The notes beneath the pieces are model-generated. The model saw nothing but the letters and a program-made list of their open reading frames with translations, did no database searches and was not told where the DNA came from. A stretch of 64,000 bases of DNA from Tubiluchus corallicola (taxonomy: Eukaryota; Animalia; Priapulida). Both the position numbers and the translations under genes were made by a program. Shown piece after piece: positions 50,400 to 62,866 of the stretch. The DNA lies in assembly GCA_030141605.1 (NCBI GenBank), contig JAQGDQ010000077.1, positions 558,001-622,000 of the forward strand, written 5' to 3'. Position 1 is the first letter of the stretch. Each line of letters starts with the position of its first letter.

Positions 50400-50890
50400 A
50401 TTCTGTGCTCTTCAGCTTGCTTTCCCATTTGTTCCACAAGTCTCTTGAGTCTGGAGTCCTTCCCCAATGCTGGCTTAACTGTAACGTTAACCCCATCCCT
50501 ACTGCATGTCCTTCATGTGATGATCTTTGCCTCATATCTTTGTCATCAGTAGTTGAATCCATATTGTGGGACGAGATTCTAACCTATCTTATTCAAACTG
50601 AACGAATATGTAAGTCCAAACATATGAGTCCAAACATGTCTTGTTTAAATCAGTAGAATTGTTCCTTTGATGACCCTACTTTGCCTGGTATTGATGTGCT
50701 TTATCTTGATGTCAAAAAAAGCATTTGATTCTGTCCCCCACCAACGTCTCTTACTTAAGATGGAATATTAACGTATAAGAGGTAAGATTTTTAAGAGGTT
50801 CAGTTACTTTCTTAGTCATCGTTTTCAACATGTTGTTCTTAACGGTATAACCACTGAATGGTGCCCTGTTATAAGTGATATCCCTCAATC
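50400..50890 (+). mobile_element. CR1/L2-type LINE RT fragment, same family as 52335-53420
   Basis: LFHKSLESGVLPQCWLNCNVNPI; IDVLYLD..KAFDSVPHQRLLLK; ~100 bp nearly identical to the reverse complement of ~53250-53348. Confidence 0.8.
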
Positions 50891-50979
50891 AAAGAGCTAA
50901 TTAAAATACAAAATCTATATAATTAAAAATGATCACAAGCAAGATTAAATTATTAAATTACTGTAACAATAATTTGACC

Positions 50980-51790
50980 TTTAGCCAGCAGTTACCGACG
51001 TCTTTAATATTGTTTCAGTATAGCAAAATATCAGTTTATTTCTATCTGTCCGTTTTTGCAGTAATGTTTGATAATTATTTTTTGAACTCCAGTAATTCAG
51101 TCTCTTAGATACCGATGTTCTTCAGTTTCTTTTATCCCTCAATTTTTAAGGAATCAATTATCAATGGATTTCTCTCGTATCGTGTCATGTTTGCCATTCA
51201 CTTTGTTTTTCGACTTCTTTGTAGTTTTGAATCATGTTTATATATATCCATCCTCCACATACAGGTCTGCCAACGCATCAGTCCTTTAACACAACTTATC
51301 AAAAGACTTCTATAAGTGTAAATAAACTTCATTTTTATAAAAAATATAATACTACTTGATTCTAATGTTGCCCTTTATATATGCATTTATCTAGTTTTAT
51401 CCCTTTCCCGTTATTTTGCTATATGTAATTCTTATAAATAACCTTGTCTAGGTTCCATTATTTTTCTTTCTTATCTCCTTTTCCTTTATAAAGAAATTTC
51501 ATTTTTATTTGAGCCCATTGCTTTGGAACAGTATTTCCTTTCACTCTATTATTTTGCTTAACATTACTAGAGTACTATCAATATGTCCTCAGTTTCTTTT
51601 AATCATTTCATTTGTCCAACCTTCAATATCTGGGTTTTTTATTTTTTTACTGATTTAATTGCTCCCATCACATAATCATTTGTTTTTAATTTTTTTTATT
51701 TCCCCATTGTATACCATTCTTTCCACCAATGTGCTTAAAATGGTTTCAATCTCTTTAATCCTATTTCTCGGGCATCCTCATCCTTTGGTG
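50980..51790 (-). mobile_element. Possible highly decayed non-LTR retrotransposon RT fragment of another family
   Basis: Minus-strand A-rich coding-like composition with VYLHL*KSFDKL (~51290-51330), similar to the RT xxDxxKxFD motif. Confidence 0.3.
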
Positions 51791-52124
51791 CAGGTGACGT
51801 TCGCTGCTCAGATACATTACAAGCATTGATAATAATATTAGTAGGTAAAGAATTACATGATAATATCATAATATTGTCTATGATTACAAGAGGTCTGTCA
51901 AAAGGAAAAACTCAAAGGCAAAAGTTTAGAATCAGGGAACACATTTACATAAAAAATATCATGGCATGTTGGCGAAAGTTGTTTTTTACGGTAAGTAACT
52001 TATTTTTAGTATTTTTGCCAAAAATTAAATGGAACTGGTGGCTGTGCCTATCTCTTATTTAGTTTTTGTTGATCCACGTACTAGAGCACACAACTCCTTC
52101 AATTTTAAGCGTATTTCAACCTCA

Positions 52125-52230
52125 TGCCATACGAATTTTCCATGCACGATCCTACAGTGGTAGTCTTCCCAAAGAAGCAGTTGATTATAAATCTGTCGAT
52201 TCATTTAAAGGAAAAACCAATACTCAAACG
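52125..52230 (+). mobile_element. LINE 3' end fragment
   Basis: SLPKEAVDYKSVDSFKGK resembles the W..LP..V...S...FK..L C-terminus of CR1/L2 ORF2. Confidence 0.45.
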
Positions 52231-52334
52231 ACTTTTACTACATTTTAAGAACCAACGAAAAATATTGAAATCACCTCACAATATACGAGTATAAAACGCC
52301 TTGCTTATACCTTATCCAAAGAAATAAGGACCTA

Positions 52335-53420
52335 GATGGTACCTATCTGTAAACGATCCTCTCTCAGACGCCTTTTAAAACTGTCAGCTGATGAAGCACT
52401 GATGGTTAATGATGAAGGATGATTCATTGGTTGAACTACGTGATGCCCAAAGAAGTGTGATATGATTCCAAGTGGTTGCTCAAATAAGTTAGACTCATGA
52501 CCACGAAGAACTCTGTGAGGCCTGGACAAAAAAGTCTCACTCTGTCAAAACAATATTTCCACTAATTATTTTGAAGCAGTTCACGAGGTCTACAGTCTCA
52601 TGCCTTTGCTCGAAAGTAGAAATCGAACTGGGATCCAAATTTCTAGCAAGACGAGTACATCTATCCTGAGTTCTTTCGAGAGCACTCTTGAGAGTGGCAT
52701 GCTGCAGTGACCATATAATCGACGCGTGTTCCAGAGTGGGTCGAACAACATCTTTACAGAGAGGAATAATTACTACTGCATTTCTTGATATCACCCAATG
52801 CTTAATCATGCCATTACGATGGTTTGCTTTTGCAACGATATGGTCCACATGGGAATTCCTTTTGAGGTCATTACAAACCATTAGTGCCAAGTTTCTAATA
52901 CAACTTTTTTCAGCTATTTGAGCATTTTTTAGAAAATAAACTGTAATAGATTTAAGGCATATTCTAAATAAATCACATTTACTGGGTTTAAGTGCCATCA
53001 ACCATTTATTGCACCAGTCTAAAATTTCATTCCAAGTCATGTTGTAAAATATAACGATCAAGATCGCCCCAAATTGGACGAAAGGGCTTTAAATCGTCAA
53101 CAGATAATGGGATACTAATCTCTGGGGTGATATCGTTAATAACAATAAGGAAGCAGTATGGGCTACTCAAAGTTCCTTGGCAACACTTTTTATATCGGAA
53201 CATCATTTAGTGGATATACCATTAAGAACAACATGTGGAAATGGTGTGTAAGAAAGTAACTGATCCTCTTAAGAAGCTTACCTCTTATACCAGAATATTG
53301 CATCTTAAGTAAGAGACGTTGGTGGGGGACGGAATCAAATGCCTTTTTCAATGAAGAAGCTAGTCCAGTGATTTAAACATGACGATAGATTAGAGACGAC
53401 TGAACGTAGAGGAAGAGAAC
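52335..53420 (-). mobile_element. 5'-truncated decayed CR1/L2-type LINE (RT C-terminal half)
   Basis: KAFDSVPHQRLLLK (~53345), WCNKWLMALKPSKC, VRPTLEHASIIWS, LERTQDRCTR, LRGH, SADSFKRRL. Confidence 0.85.
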
Positions 53421-54587
53421 CATCAGTCTAGCATTCTATCCACTAGTTACTAATACTACCCACTCATTAACACCACTAATGTGCACATTTTCCGACATAG
53501 GACTATATCGCTTTAGAATTTCTTCTCTTTTGTTATGGCTTCTTTCAAAACGTTTTAACAAAGTGGTAATTTTAATTCTTGTCTTGGAATTTTTTGGTAC
53601 TTTAGACGATGCTTCTCATTGTGGTCTCATGAATTCTTTAATGTATGTGCAATTTATAAATATTATTAAATATTTATTTTATAATGGTCTATAAATATCT
53701 ATTTTGTAATAGTCACGAACAATTTGAATGGGTCTGCCTGTGTGTTCTGTTTAAAAAAATTTCACGCTTGTGGTTTTTGCTCATGCTTCGTAATTTTATT
53801 AGCTTTTAGATGATAATTGGGGTTCCTTTTCTTGAGTGCTAACACTGATGCTAGGGCTTAAATATTCTCGAAAATAATTTTTAGCTGCCATTTAGTAAAG
53901 GATTTTTTTCATTATTTTGTAAATTATTTTCCTCTTGCCAATAACATAACTTGACTCGAAGAGTTATCAGTTAATTAATTAGGGGATATAATAAAAGCTT
54001 TTATGTTTCAGTGATCATGATGTATGGCAGAACTTGACCCTTTGCTTCTGAACTCCGATGATGAACATTTGTTAAGTGTACAGCTAGCACGACATCAGAA
54101 TGGTATGAAGCCTTTCGACAACTGGGATAAAAATTCGTGAAATGTTATATTCAGTTTTTTTGATAATAACTTGTAATTAGCCATTGTGGCTATATAGCAA
54201 TCATGTATTTATGTGATGTAATGTATTATTTCATTGCCTCAGACCTGCCCTGTTACTTACTCGTGTTTTTCCATTTAAAGCTTGTGTAATTAAGGGACTT
54301 CCATTCTTCGGGCAGAAAGGCAATTTAAAAGGAGTAAATAAAAACTTATCTGTGGAAAATGAAAATTGGGACCTCTGCTGATAGTTTTAGCTTGACTGTG
54401 TAGGTACTTTTTTGGCTTGTTCAGTATGTAATTATCTTATTTCAAGTTAAAAAAAATTAATTCAGAGCTTTTTTGCAACACCTTCGACAACATCTGTGCG
54501 CAGGGATAAAAAAAGGAACAAAGTGTAGGAAAGTACTTCACATCTTTTTATAAAGCTCGTCTTTTTCTTACAGGTTCAGTTGTTGAG

Positions 54588-54735
54588 ATGAGTGATGATG
54601 AAATCATTGATATTTCGCTGACTCAGACAACAAAAGTCATGTCACAGCAGCAACAACAACAGCAACAGCTGCCATCACCTGTTCGTGATGGCAGTGATGA
54701 TGATAGTGATGTCGGGTCACAGGGGAAATCGTATG
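54588..54735 (+). CDS. Probable first coding exon of an unidentified gene (acidic/polyQ N-terminus), divergent from UBL4A
   Basis: Strong acceptor ctttttcttacag (54573), GAGATGA start, open frame MSDDEIIDISLTQTTKVMSQQQQQQQQLPSPVRDGSDDDSDVGSQGKSY, donor G|gtaagt; downstream exons not confidently found in the window. Confidence 0.6.
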
Positions 54736-55094
54736 GTAAGTACTGTTTTTGAACTTGGATTCTGACTCATTTTATGTTATAATGTATGGCAACTTTTGCA
54801 TTATCATAGATGCCTAATGTTCATTGCCTTTAACAGTCTCCTTTGCCATCACTGTGTGAAAACTGTTTGTAGTGTCACTGGTGTGTTTTATGAGATGATT
54901 CGTTATAGAAACTGAATACAACAACATAAACTTTACTTTATTTTTTGAAATGATTTGCTATTACTAGAAAAAATACTATTGTGCTTTGCCAGAGGAGTTG
55001 TCTACGAATGGAAAAAGAAAAAGAAATAGGTTGCAGTAAACAGTATTCAAAGAGAGATTGTAACTCATAGAATAAAGTTAAGACTTATTCTGGG

Positions 55095-57910
55095 AAAAAC
55101 ATGTTTTGTATACTAATGCAGATCAATTCTTAGACAAGAGACAGGAATTAATTACATAATTATTTCAGGATTCTATGCATTATCACGTAGTTGCAATTAC
55201 GGAAGTGAACACTAAATCTGGTGAAAATTATATAGAGAAAACTGAGTTAACAATCCCGGATTTATAATATGCCTATTTATAACTCTTGTGGCCGTGGCGT
55301 AGTTATATACATTCATCAAAGTATTGACTTTTTTAAACTATATTGTAAATATTTTAAATGTGCAGTATGTGTAAAAATTAAACTTCAAGAGAATCAAAGT
55401 TTGTGTATTCTCTTGATATACAGACGTGCGTACTCAACAATCAGTGATAATGCTAATCTTATTAAACTGATTTCATATGTGTGTGAATCTCACAAATCAA
55501 ATATCTGTATATTGGGTGACTTTAATTTAATAGAATTGATTGGCAATTGGAGTTCTCTAATAATGCTGTTGAAAATGAGTTTTTAGAATGCTTTGAATTG
55601 AACTTGTTATTTCAACACGTGAAATTTGCAACACGCTATCGTGTTGGCAATGAACCATCGTTACTTGATCTAGTTTTTACTGTACAAGATGATTTAGTAA
55701 AAAATTTGAGACCTAGTTCACCATTAGGTAATAGTGACCATGTGTGTTTGCATTTTAACTTGAATGTAAATGTGTTTCTAGTGAAAATTTTACCTCAGAA
55801 GAAAATGTGTTTAAACAAAGTTAATTTCAGCAATATGTGTAATGTGTTTAGCCAAGTTGATTGGGTCAATGTTTTAATAGTAATCTTACTCTTGATGATA
55901 TGTGGACAAAATTTCATAATGTGTACATGTCAGTTGTTGATGAATATGTGCCTAGTTTCTATCCAAGTTCTTGCAGTAAGAGTAGTCAACCTCGGCCTTC
56001 TTGGTTAACTAAGCAGTTGCTTGACTGTATTAAGGAGAAGGAAAAGTTGTTTTTTGACTGGAACAGACGAAGAACAAAATTTTCTTATGAACGGTATGCT
56101 GCAAGGCGTAATGTGGTGAAAAACCTTATAACTACTGCGAGAAAAAGATATGAACGTAATTTAACAAGTAATTGCAAGAGTAATCCTAAGGCATTCTGGC
56201 AGTATATCAATGCCCTTCGGAAGCCAAAGTCTAGAATTCATTTATTGAAGAATTCCCAAGGTTTTCTTGTCTCTGATTCAGAAGGGAAGGCACAAATTTT
56301 GAATAATTTTTTATTAGTGTATTCAGTCCCAACTCTGCTGACTATGAAGTAACTACAGTGCAACAATATAATGATATCAACAATCTTTCCATAACTGAAG
56401 AAGAGGTGCTTTATGAGTTACAAAATCTCAATATAAACAAATTTGCTCCAGATAGTTACCATCTGCGTATTTTAAATAAATGTAGAACTGTGCTTTTCAA
56501 GCCTATATACACCTTACTGGATAGGTCTTTTGCTGATTGTCAATTACCTGGATAATGGAAGGTGGCACAGGTTACTCCCATTCATAAAAAAGGGGATAAG
56601 TCAGATCCATCGAACTACGGGCCAGTTAGCTTACTAAATACAATTGATAAGGTGGTAGAAAAAATCATGCGGAAGCATATAATGAACCATCTGATAAGCT
56701 ACAACATTATTTGTGAAGAACAACATGGGTTTGTTAAGAGTAAAACAATGGTTATCAACTGTTACAATGTTACGATGCATTATAATATTAGCTATATTAA
56801 GTCAAAATATGCTAATAAGCCTTTTGACATAATATTACTGGACCTGAAAAAGGCAATTGATGTTGTACCTCATCACTTTCTGTTTACGAAACTTAAAAAT
56901 TATGGTATAACTGGTTCAGTTTTACAGTAGATAGTTAACTTCTTAGAAAATAGAAGACAATGCACGTGTGATGGTGGTTATAAATCGACTGAGTTCTTGA
57001 CTACTATTGGTGTACCGTAAGGTTCGCTATTAGGTCCATGTTTATTTGTTGTATTTACAAATGACTTGCCTAGTTGTGTGAGCAATTCTCTTCGTCTTTT
57101 TGTCAACGACAACAAAATCTGGTCTGAATCTGATTCCTTTACTAGCTGTAATGATCTTCAATTGGATCTAGAAGGGCTCTGCGATTGAAAATGGTATGCA
57201 GTTCCATCCTAACAAGTGTAAGGTTGTATCTGTGGGAGCAGGATGTGAGTATAAGTACAAAATGTATGATGCAAGTGGCATTCCGGCAGAACTGGACTTT
57301 AGTGCTTGTGAGAAAGACCTTGGATTATTACTAGATGATAAACTAAATTTTAAAGATCACATAGCTAAAAATCATAAATAATGCCAAACGAAACAATGTT
57401 TTAATAAGGAGAAATTTCAGGTACCTAGATCTGCAAACTTTTAAGCTTCTATTTGTGGCACTTGTGCGATCAAAAGTGGAGTATGGAAGTAGTATTTGGA
57501 ATAGTCCTAGAGCATATATAGTGGACCCAGTCGAAGCTCTTTAAATGAGAACTTTCAATATGTTACTGGAACTAATGAACTTGTCGTATGAAAGTCAGTT
57601 AAAACGAATAGGTTTAACTACTTTAGCTTTTAGGCGTTTACGTGGCCAGCTAATTGATGTATACAAATATGTATCTGGAGTTTACAGCTGTGATGATTGT
57701 CCTGTTAAATTAGAAGTACATCGCACAGCAAGACAGGCCTATTCTTCATAAATCAAGAACTGCACACAAAACTGGTAAATACGACTGTTTTTCTTGTACA
57801 TTGCCAGAGATCTGGAGTAGATTGCCTTGTGAAGTGAGAACAGCAACATCTGTAAATTCATTTAGATCAAAATTAGATAGACACTATCAACATCATCCAT
57901 TGAAATTTAA
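55095..57910 (+). mobile_element. Decayed CR1/L2-clade LINE, near full ORF2 (AP endonuclease + reverse transcriptase) with frameshifts and stops
   Basis: LYTNADQF, VAITEV, ILGDFN, LLDLVFT, LGNSDH (endonuclease); PKAFWQYI; VTPIHKKGDKSDPSNYGPVSLL, QHGF, LDLKKAIDVVPH, GVP*GSLLGP, FVNDNKI (degenerate FADD), EKDLG, RRLRGQLIDVYK. Confidence 0.92.
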
Positions 57911-58714
57911 TCATCGTGCTAATTGGAACATGCCTGTAACAAGGATGCTGGATTACATATTATAGTGAGAAAACCTGCCAGTGGAGCCACCTAGGTGTTG
58001 ATGACAATCTAATGTATGTGCAATTTGTCGCAATAACAGTGGAAGAACTATTTGTCTCAAAAGTTATATTTATAACTACTGGAGATTTACTACTACTACT
58101 ACTACTACCAATACCACCACCACCATCACCACCACCAAAACTACTAGTACTAAGCCCATCTTTTGTTCAGAATCGTGAAGGTAGGATGGTGTTTAGTGAC
58201 AGTTAGGCCTAAATTTAATGTCATGTGTGTGCAAGAGACAAATTGCTAGTCACATTCAAATTGTGAGGCAAATGATAGATTCCATATTGTAATTCAAATT
58301 CTATGGTCCGCTGTTAGGCAAGCGATGGGTACCATGTTCTAATACAAAAAATGCATTCAATTGTTTTTCAAAAATAGCTCTTGAGTTGCACACTTTGGAA
58401 ATGTTGTATGCAAGACAGTAGCATTCTCTGTCTTGCATACATATGACAATTAAGTCTGTGAAATTTGGTGGACACCCGGTCATGCACTGTAAATATTATC
58501 AAACCAACCTGTTTAAAATTCTCCATCTGAATATATATGCTTTATATATATCTAAATATAAAGCAACTGGTTTTACTTTATATAAGCCACTTAATAAGTA
58601 GGAAAATTTTGTAATATGTCGCTCGAAAATATAGTATTTTGTATACTCAGGTTTTCCAAAAAAATGACTGCCATTGCCAAATGTTAGGAAATTTATGAAT
58701 TCACAGTTTTTTTA

Positions 58715-58865
58715 TTAACGCAGTGGAAGTGTACAGAACAACCTGTATGGTGAATAATTTGAGCGTCTTTTATAATGTTCTTGACCATATCCATGCGCAT
58801 GTTGTTTTCCATATCCACTGTTGTGGTCGGAATCTTCCAGTGAGATGTAACGCAGTCCTGATGGC
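58715..58865 (-). CDS. Terminal exon of the Gly/Tyr/His-rich protein
   Basis: tttttacag acceptor, phase-compatible with the previous exon; PSGLRYISLEDSDHNSGYGKQHAHGYGQEHYKRRSNYSPYRLFCTLPLR*; shares GYG/SPY motifs; AATAAA overlaps the stop. Confidence 0.6.
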
Positions 58866-59471
58866 CTGTAAAAATAAGAATAGCTCAGTTAAAAACAACA
58901 GAGATAGCTGACAAAGGCTTCTTCCTGGAGGGACTTTGATATATTTACAGGCATATTTGAATTAAGCATCTGTAAGATACAACATGGACTTTATTATTGT
59001 TTTAATTGATCTGCCTTTGCCAGAAAAATACTAGGTCTATCTTTGTTATACTAGGGAATACCAGAGAATACTAGTCTCTAGGCGAGACCTTGGTTTATCT
59101 TCTTGCAAGATTTTTAGTGCTAGATATAGATGCTAATTAGGTGATGTACCCTGTCACACCCTATAAATATTATCAAAGCAATATGTTCTCTTGAAAAATC
59201 TTCCTACTAAGGTCTGGCTTTTTTATTGAAGTTAGTTTGTAGCTCGTCAATTTTCAGTTGTAAGTGATAAATTTTCTAAGTGGTGAACAAATTGGAAGTT
59301 GGTCTACATTTGAATTCCCAGATATCACATTTATTTGCTTTATTTTTTAAATTTGAATATAGTACTTGAAATGTAAATTAGTTTTAATGTATTTATGGAT
59401 TTGGAAATATTCCATACATAGAGCTAAATGTACAACAACTAATTGATGCAAAAGTTTTGTAGTTTACTTAC

Positions 59472-59833
59472 GCAAAGGGTAGGACTATTCGAACTCCCTG
59501 TCCTGGAAATCGTCGATCACTTGGGTTAACATTAAACGGCGACCCATGTCGATCATGATAGCGGTCTAGAACACTGTAGTGTCTACTGCCGTATCCTGCA
59601 TTGTACAAAGGTGAGAAAACGCAGATAAATTCAAAAGTAGCTGCTTCTTCTGGATATCCATGGCTACCGGGATTATTGTTATAGGGAGAGCCTTTTCTAG
59701 GGTGATACCGATCTAGTGGACTGGAACTGGAAATGATGCTTCGCCCATGAACATGTGATCCATAGCCAGCAGGTTTTTGCAATTGGAGGTTGTAATTTGA
59801 TTGACGACACATTGTATTTGCCACCAAAATAAT
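59472..59833 (-). CDS. Exon of an orphan Gly/Tyr/His-rich repetitive protein
   Basis: ttttctttatgttccag acceptor, 362-nt open frame, GC|gtaagt phase-2 donor; internal duplication LDRYHPRKGSPYNNNP / LDRYHDRHGSPFNVNP and GYG motifs. Confidence 0.65.
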
Positions 59834-60879
59834 CTGGAACATAAAGAAAAACTAACCACGCAGTACATTAAATGAGTGAGTTTACATACATTACATGAAT
59901 TGACATAAGGCATGTTTATGATTTATTTATTTATTTTATTCTTTTCTCATTGTTAATGATAATTCTCTAAGATAAGATGCCTATCTGGTAGAGGCATCTT
60001 AGTTGCATTCACTTGCTATGCATTCAACCTCAGTTACATAAATAACCTTGAACAGTACGGCAAACAAAATGATCTTGAACCACTTCTGGCGATTTCCCAC
60101 TTACTGATCAGGTCTGCATTACTTACCTGTGAGACTTTTATAGGTCTTTTGGTTGGTAAGCACACACCCTGACCACATACTTTTTGTTCTCACCTCAGGC
60201 TCAGATAGCACTACATTTTGTGAATAGTTGGCAGAACTAGCTCTTGAACTTCAGTAATAAAGGAGTTATCAAATGTTAATGAATTATAAAAGGAGTGACA
60301 TAAACATTGATGCCTATGTTTGGACTTGAGATAGAAAGGCCTCTCTAGTGAACATGTTTTGTTAATCCAAAAGTACACTTCTTATTCTCATAACAGCAAG
60401 CTACTTAGCAATCAAGACAAAATATTTTTGAGGAGATAACTTCACTCCTCCTATGGTAACATATGCATGGATATCATAAATGTCATTGGTTCCCTGAGTT
60501 TAAGACCAAATTACAGCCATCCCCTGTCAAATACCATTATTTTTATAGCCAAAGCCGTAAATCCTTTGTATCCATTGTCAATCAGTCAAAACATGAATTG
60601 TAATACTGGTCCAGCTCAAAAGGAATCTGCATTACTGAAAGCTAGCGAGTTGTTGTTGGAATTCTCTCTACTTTGGAACACTAAGATTTTAGCAGGTCAT
60701 GATGTTTGTAACATGTACTAGTCATGAACGTAAAAATAAGAGATGCACAATCAACGAAAACCATCTTCCAATAGCAAATGATAGCTGAGTGTCTAATAGG
60801 AGTCACTAAGAGCGGCCAAAATCTAAATCCAGATCTGGTTCGTTCCGATGACTCCGATGTGGGGTGTAGTTACATGTGC

Positions 60880-62430
60880 TTTGGATAGAGTGTCTGTATT
60901 GTTTTATTCAACTTGAGCCGCTGCTAACATATGAACAATGTCACAAACAACCCCTGTCAGTTGAGCAGTAGACATTTGGGCAGTGTACACTAAGGCAATG
61001 GACATTTTGGCAGTGGACAATCGTGCAGTGGATATTTGGCCAGCAGGCACTTGGACAGTAGGGCATTTGGGCAGTGAACAATGCAGTAGCATACATTTCA
61101 AGTAGTGATTCCTGGACTATGGATAATTGGACACTTTGAGCAGCAGAAATGCCAAAATATTTTTGCAGGTGGACACTATTAATTCCACCTGCCTGCCGAC
61201 CTACCTGCCTACCTACTTGCCTACCTACATATGTATGTACATACGTACGTACATACCTGCCTGCCTACGTACTGCCACGTTCATACCTACCTACCTACCT
61301 GCCTGCCTATCTGTCTTTCTGCGTGCCTACCTACCTACTTACCTAACAACCTGCCTAGTTGGATCTGCCTGTCTAATCCCTTACCTGCCATCTACTTGAT
61401 CACCTAACTGCCAGGTCCTAATTGCTTACATATTTACCAATCCACTTTCTTTCCTCTCTACCTGTCTGCTTGCTTGCATGCCTGCCTGCCTGCCTGCCTA
61501 CCTACCTGCCTGTCTGTCTGTCTACCTACCTACCTACCTACCTACCTACCTACCTACCTAGCATAAGTAGGTAGGTATGTGGGTGGGTGGATAGTTAGAT
61601 AAGTAAGCAGGTAGGTAGGCAAGTAAGTAGGTAGGTTAGTCAGTAAGTAGTACTCCTATGAACATTTTCTGTACGACTTTTACTGCTTAAAGGATTTTCC
61701 TTCCCAAGTAGTTGCTGTCTTAAGACTACACTGCCCATCTGTCCCTGGCACTCTTTGCCCAAATGTTCATTGCCAGCTGGCCACTGCATAAGTGTCCAGT
61801 GCCCAAATGTTCACTGCCCACTGTACACTGCCCAAATGGCCAATGAATAAACATCCATTGGCCAACTGTCCGCTGCTTAACCTTGGACTGCCCAAATGTC
61901 GTTACTGCATTTTTTGTAAATGATTCGTAATGCCACGTCCATACCTACCTGCCTGCCTGCCTGTCTGTCTGTCTGCCAACTTACCTACCTACCTACCTAC
62001 CTACTTACCTACCTACCCACATACCTACCTAGCATAAGTAGGTAGGTATGCGGGTGGGTAGTTAGATAAGTAAGCAGGTAGGTAGCCAAGTAAGTAGGTA
62101 GGTTAGTCAGTAAGTTGTACTCCTACGAACATTTTCTGTACCACTTGTACTGCTTAACGGATTTTCCTTCCCAAGTAGTTGCTGTCTTAAGAGTACACTG
62201 CCCATCTGTCCCTGGCGCTCTTTGCCCAAATGTTCATTGCCAGCTGGCCACTGCCCAAGTGTCCAGTGCCCAAATGTTCACTGCCCCCTTTCCACTGCCC
62301 AAGTGTGCACACTGCCCAAATGGCCACTGAATAAGCATCCATTGTCCAACTGTCCGCTGCTCAACTTTGGACTGCCCAAATGTCGGCTGCCCAACTTAGC
62401 ACTGCCCAAGTGTCCACGCCTAATCCAAAT
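60880..62430. mobile_element. Foldback-like element: inverted arrays of a 15-bp unit flanking (CCTA/CCTG)n, with an internal ~465-bp tandem duplication
   Basis: TTGGGCAGTGGACAT-type units at 60960-61160; reverse-complement ACTGCCCAAATGTCC units at 61730-61900 and 62195-62420; 61480-61900 is repeated at 61945-62385. Confidence 0.65.
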
Positions 62431-62723
62431 ATCCCACAACCAAAATGGTCTAATGGTCCAAGTTAAGTCACTAGACAACTGTGTAATAAAGTGGTTAAGC
62501 AGGGGTACAAATACTAATTTAAAATAATTAAAACAGCCGAAAAACACTTGGCATTTCATTACTGCATTTTTCGTAAATGATTTGTGTTACTTATTAAGCT
62601 TAAAGATTTTATTACAACTAACCAATGATAATAGCTTTTATCGATGTGTTACTATAACCTATGTGATATTTTTTAAAAGTTGTGAACAGTATTTTACTTT
62701 TGAAAAATTTAAAATAAAATATT

Positions 62724-62866
62724 AATCAAGTTAATTTGCATTGATAACTTTTGCAGTATTGCCACCACTTTTAAAAACAAAAATATAATAAAATTGCTTC
62801 TCTCGCCATATCAAGCTAATCAAGTTAACTTGCATTAATAAGTTTTGCAATATTGTCACCACTTTT
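62724..62866. repeat. Short direct repeat, ~49 bp x2
   Basis: AATCAAGTTAA.TTGCATT.ATAA.TTTTGCA.TATTG.CACCACTTTTAA at 62724 and 62818. Confidence 0.8.

Noticed and set aside
58723-58911. Plus-strand ORF, phase-compatible as the next exon of the 54588 gene
   Set aside because: The peptide looks random and the opposite strand has a better-supported exon sharing motifs with 59472-59833; not fully excluded
60904-62559. Cys/Pro-rich pentapeptide ORFs (CPLPK / LGSGQ)
   Set aside because: Translations of the 15-bp repeat arrays of the foldback-like element
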